Virus record (IMG/VR): IMGVR_UViG_3300023256_000674
Location: 1-29,670 of that record
Direction: 5' to 3' (one strand)
DNA length: 29,670 nucleotides
Source: a virus
Lineage: Duplodnaviria; Caudoviricetes
A model generated the notes under the pieces. The model was not told the origin of the DNA and made no database searches. It saw nothing but the letters and a program-made list of their open reading frames with translations. Shown piece after piece: positions 25,837 through 29,670 of this stretch. The number at the start of each line of letters is the position of its first letter. Position 1 is the first letter of the stretch. A program made the position numbers and the translations under genes.

Positions 25837-25923
25837 ATTTTTTAATTAATAGTATATAATGGTATCTTTTAACTATAAATGCACGAGAGGTGGCATTTCT
25901 TTAACATAAAAACGTAAGATATA

Positions 25924-26991
25924 TTATTTAAACTTGAATCCTCTTGTAGTTTTATGCTCTTTATAATATTCAACCACTTCTTCTAATAATTTTCTCCAAT
26001 CAGATTCAAACCTGTCTTTACTAAATAATTTCTTAGCAGTTTTCTTTCCTGCTTGTCCAATTTTTATAGCTTCATCATACTTTTCCATTAATCCTTTAAT
26101 AACTTTTACAACATAATCTGGATTACGTCTTGTAGTAATACAATTTTCACCATTAACTAAATAAGTTTCTGAATCTTGATTAGCTGTGCTAATTACACAA
26201 CAACCCGAAAGCATAGCTTCTGTTCTAGCACGAGGCATAGGACTTTCTCTTGTATGATTAAAATATATTAAACTTCTACCTAAAAAATCTCTATACTCAT
26301 CAAATTTTTTAAACTTTACATCAACTGTAATGTGACAATGATATATACCTTCTTCAATTAATCTTTCTTTTACTGCTGATAAAAACATTCTGTCATAATA
26401 CTTATCTAAACCTGCTGGTCCAATCATAGTTACTACTCTTGGCTCTTTTGGTAAATCTAACCAATCATCTGGATTAAGTCCATGCCAAAATGGTATACCA
26501 AATCCCCATTGCTTTGCTGCCATTTTAGAATTAGTTACCATTATATTATCACCAATAATATCTTTACACATATCAATTAATTCACTAGACATTCCAATCT
26601 GATTTTTTGTATAACCTTTTTTTTCATAATTTACTTTAGTTATATCAGATTGAAACTTTTCTGGGTAATAAGGAGTTCCATGCATAATAACTATTTTTGG
26701 TATATCTTTTATTACTACATTCAAATCTTTATAAAGAGAACCTTTACCATAATTCCAAATCCCTTCTTCAAAGCATTGCTGGTCAATATGTAATAATGCT
26801 ACATCGTATTTATCTTCCTCATAATGTGGAACATAATCTATATTATAATCTTTAACAAAATCACCTCTTACTCCAGAAGAATATTGACGTCTATTCTGTT
26901 CTAAATAAGTCCATTTAGTATTTGGTATTTGAACTAAAGAAAATTGATGTGCGATATGCCAATTGTAGTTGAATATTTTTATTTCATTCAT
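25924..26991 (-). CDS. GT4-like glycosyltransferase
   Basis: IYFNHTRESPMPRARTEAMLSGCCVIS; IGQAGKKTAKKLFS. Confidence 0.82.
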   Translation of the reverse strand: MNEIKIFNYNWHIAHQFSLVQIPNTKWTYLEQNRRQYSSGVRGDFVKDYNIDYVPHYEEDKYDVALLHIDQQCFEEGIWNYGKGSLYKDLNVVIKDIPKIVIMHGTPYYPEKFQSDITKVNYEKKGYTKNQIGMSSELIDMCKDIIGDNIMVTNSKMAAKQWGFGIPFWHGLNPDDWLDLPKEPRVVTMIGPAGLDKYYDRMFLSAVKERLIEEGIYHCHITVDVKFKKFDEYRDFLGRSLIYFNHTRESPMPRARTEAMLSGCCVISTANQDSETYLVNGENCITTRRNPDYVVKVIKGLMEKYDEAIKIGQAGKKTAKKLFSKDRFESDWRKLLEEVVEYYKEHKTTRGFKFK

Positions 26992-27034
26992 AATTTTTAT
27001 TTAATACTTTTTTTAACATATACTTATATTTTAA

Positions 27035-27787
27035 TTATTTTTCTAAACGTTTTTTTCTAATAGCAGTTGAAGTATTATATAAACTCTCAATAGTTCCTGC
27101 ATCAGACCAAAATCCTTTTAGAATTTTATGTTTCATTTGTCCATTGTGAACATACCAATTATTAACATCAGTAATTTCTAATTCATTTCTATCAGATTTT
27201 TCTTGCATTTTTATAATATGCCATACACTAGCATTAAAAAAATATAAACCAGTAACAGCTAAATTAGTTTTAGGATTTTTTGGCTTTTCAACAATATTAC
27301 TAATATAATTTTTATTATCTTTATTTAATGTTGCTACACCAAATCTTTCTGGATATTTAACTTCTTTCAAAAAAATCATTGCACCATTAGAATCTTTTTC
27401 ATAATCTTTAACATATTGACTTATGTCATCTGTAAATATATTATCACCAAGAATAACTACCATTGGACTATCACCAATATAATCTTTACATAATAATAAT
27501 GCTTCAGCAATTCCACCAGCTCCTCGTTGTGGTCTATATGTTAAATGAACACCAAGTTCTTTTCCATCTCCAAGTAAGTCTATAAAATCACCAGCATTTT
27601 CACTACCAGTAATAATTATAATATCTTTAACACCAGCATTAGATAAAGTTTTAATAGGATAATAAATCATAGGCTTATCATATACTGGGAGTAAATGTTT
27701 GTTTGTAACATTAGTCATTGGTTTTAATCTAGTTCCAAAACCACCTGCTAAAATAATTCCTTTTACTTTTCTTTTTTTCTTAGACAT
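27035..27787 (-). CDS. rmlA: Glucose-1-phosphate thymidylyltransferase (RmlA/SpsI-like)
   Basis: KGIILAGGFGTRLKPMT..NKHLLPVYDKPMIYYP, ILGDNIF, IVEKP, AVTGLY, ELEITDVN, WSDAGT. Confidence 0.9.
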   Translation of the reverse strand: MSKKKRKVKGIILAGGFGTRLKPMTNVTNKHLLPVYDKPMIYYPIKTLSNAGVKDIIIITGSENAGDFIDLLGDGKELGVHLTYRPQRGAGGIAEALLLCKDYIGDSPMVVILGDNIFTDDISQYVKDYEKDSNGAMIFLKEVKYPERFGVATLNKDNKNYISNIVEKPKNPKTNLAVTGLYFFNASVWHIIKMQEKSDRNELEITDVNNWYVHNGQMKHKILKGFWSDAGTIESLYNTSTAIRKKRLEK

Positions 27788-27792
27788 ATTTT

Positions 27793-28188
27793 TTATTTAA
27801 TTATAATTTTAGTATCATCATTTAATTCTTTTAGTATTTGTTTATTATTCTTTTCATTATCTCCTCCCCAAGGAACTGCTATGCTATCATCTTTTCCATT
27901 TTTATAATATATATTTATCCAAGTAATATCTTTCCATTGTTTTAATCTTTGTAATAAAGATATATCTGCCATTTCTACCTTTTTGTTTTCTCCTTTTTTA
28001 TTTAAAACTAAATTAAACTTTTCACATTGTTTTTGTTTGATTATTTCTCCATTTTCATATTGAAAACAATTTATTAAATAATTATCTTTTATTCCTTGAA
28101 TATATAAACCATAAAATTCATCTGGTAATAAATCTACAGATTCACAATTTTCAAATACAAGTGCTATCTTCTTTATTTTCTTAGACAT
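27793..28188 (-). CDS. Hypothetical phage protein
   Basis: 131-aa co-oriented ORF; no motif recognised. Confidence 0.6.
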   Translation of the reverse strand: MSKKIKKIALVFENCESVDLLPDEFYGLYIQGIKDNYLINCFQYENGEIIKQKQCEKFNLVLNKKGENKKVEMADISLLQRLKQWKDITWINIYYKNGKDDSIAVPWGGDNEKNNKQILKELNDDTKIIIK

Positions 28189-28197
28189 AATTTTATT

Positions 28198-28299
28198 TTA
28201 ATTTGTTAAGATATATAAAATTATTATAAAAATAATAAATATTAAACCTACAATCATTCCGAATATTGGACTCTTATTATCAATATCACGATAACTCAT
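28198..28299 (-). CDS. Small single-TM peptide (33 aa)
   Basis: ATGA overlap with the upstream stop; MSYRDIDNKSPIFGMIVGLIFIIFIIILYILTN*. Confidence 0.45.
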   Translation of the reverse strand: MSYRDIDNKSPIFGMIVGLIFIIFIIILYILTN

Positions 28300-28580
28300 T
28301 GTTTTAATTTATATTTGGATGCTTTCCATCCAATATCTATTAATTTTTTACCACTAAAATAAGTTCCGTCTAATAATCTAATACCGAATTTTTTATCATC
28401 TTTATAATAATGTATTTCCGCTAAATCATCTCCTAAGTACTCAATCATTCTACCTATAGATAAATAACCATTAAATAATAAATTTTTATAAGTTCTATCT
28501 TTACATGAAAAACCTAAATAATTATTTTTCTCTTCTATAGATAATCCATCCCATTGTTTTTTAGAAATATTTAATTTCAT
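28296..28580 (-). CDS. Hypothetical phage protein
   Basis: Co-oriented ORF; no motif recognised. Confidence 0.55.
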   Translation of the reverse strand: MKLNISKKQWDGLSIEEKNNYLGFSCKDRTYKNLLFNGYLSIGRMIEYLGDDLAEIHYYKDDKKFGIRLLDGTYFSGKKLIDIGWKASKYKLKQ

Positions 28581-28594
28581 ATATTTAATATTAA

Positions 28595-29670
28595 TTATAC
28601 ACTTATATCTTTATACATTTTAAATAGCTTTAATTTCATTTTTACAATATCTGATTTCCTACCACTAGATGATTTAGCTTTTTGTATTTGTTTTGCTTTC
28701 GCATCTTTAACATAAAAAAATACACCCTCTTGTAAAAACCATCTTGTTCTAATCTCTTGAGACATTCCACCATACTTATCAATTCTTTCATTAAACATTC
28801 CAAAATTTATAACTTGATTTCTTTTAACAAAACTAAAATTTTCTATAAACGATTTACTATCATTTTTATTACCAGAAAACCATATATTCAAATACTTAGG
28901 GATATCTGTTGCTTTTAAAAATTCTTCTATAGCATTTTCTTCTGGACATAGCCTTGCATCATTAAATAAAATATATTCTCCGTGTGCTTCAATAATTCCC
29001 ATATTACGAGCCATTGCTAAATTATAACCTTCTTTATCTGTATATAAATTTAATACTGGAAAATGATAATTTCTAAAATTATTATAAGCATGATTATGTA
29101 TTTCATCTATATTATCTGGGTCTATACTAATAGATGCATTTCCATATTCATATTCATCCCAAATGATAATAGCTTCAATATTATCATATGTCTGTCTTTG
29201 TAAACTATCTAAAATAGGTTTAATATCATTCTCATAAGTTGCTGGAATTATTACACTAACTAAAGGTTTATTACTCCCTACCTTATAATATAAATCAGCA
29301 TATTGTCTTGCCATTTTTTCTTCAGACATACTTCTAATAGTATTCCAACCTTTTTTTCTTAATTTACCTCTTAACTCTTTATCGTCAAGAACTTTTTTAA
29401 TTGATTCTTTTAATTTTTCATAAGAGCCTTTTTCATCTCTAAATGGAACAATTAAAGCATTGTTATTATCAATAGCTAAATCTCTTGCCTCACCACTTAA
29501 AGTAGTAACAACTGGAACTCCACAAGCCATTGCTTCTAAATATGACAAAGTGCCTTCTTCATATCCATCAATAGAATTACCTACATATAAAGTCATATTA
29601 TTATATGCCTCTACTCTATCTTCATCTTCACAATTAAAAAAAGCCCAATCTGCTATATCTAAATATTCTT
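28595..29670 (-). CDS. GT4-GT2 double glycosyltransferase fusion, 5' end beyond the window
   Basis: The frame is open to the window end. EEGTLSYLEAMACGVPVV (GT4), then PLVSVIIP..AMARNMGIIEAHGEYILFNDAR (GT2). Confidence 0.85.
   Translation of the reverse strand, partial: EYLDIADWAFFNCEDEDRVEAYNNMTLYVGNSIDGYEEGTLSYLEAMACGVPVVTTLSGEARDLAIDNNNALIVPFRDEKGSYEKLKESIKKVLDDKELRGKLRKKGWNTIRSMSEEKMARQYADLYYKVGSNKPLVSVIIPATYENDIKPILDSLQRQTYDNIEAIIIWDEYEYGNASISIDPDNIDEIHNHAYNNFRNYHFPVLNLYTDKEGYNLAMARNMGIIEAHGEYILFNDARLCPEENAIEEFLKATDIPKYLNIWFSGNKNDSKSFIENFSFVKRNQVINFGMFNERIDKYGGMSQEIRTRWFLQEGVFFYVKDAKAKQIQKAKSSSGRKSDIVKMKLKLFKMYKDISV

Noticed and set aside
1-29670. Alternative genetic code (stop-codon reassignment) as the cause of the fragmented capsid gene
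   Set aside because: Other genes are intact in code 11, and the breaks are fully explained by introns.

Overview
Very AT-rich segment of a tailed dsDNA phage or prophage. Every credible gene is on the minus strand, and starts lack Shine-Dalgarno motifs. An HK97-type head module (portal-MuF fusion, prohead protease-AAA+ ATPase fusion, major capsid protein, small accessory proteins, and a protein ending in 161 consecutive Ser/Thr) sits between two glycosylation clusters. These clusters hold about 10 glycosyltransferase genes, SAM methyltransferases, a GNAT, Gmd, an RmlA-like enzyme and two further nucleotidyl/cytidylyltransferases. The ORF track misses several things. The major capsid gene is split into three exons by two group I introns, each carrying a homing endonuclease; the spliced product is 382 aa. 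There are three inteins: portal, MuF domain and a glycosyltransferase-like protein. A roughly 450-nt structured RNA lies between a perfect sigma70 promoter and an intrinsic terminator just ahead of the portal gene. One GT2 is split, with its C-terminal half encoded upstream of its N-terminal half. The leading hypothesis is a phage-encoded virion glycosylation system with a mucin-like Ser/Thr acceptor protein, plus RNA-level control of head gene expression. All calls are by eye from motifs; no searches were run.
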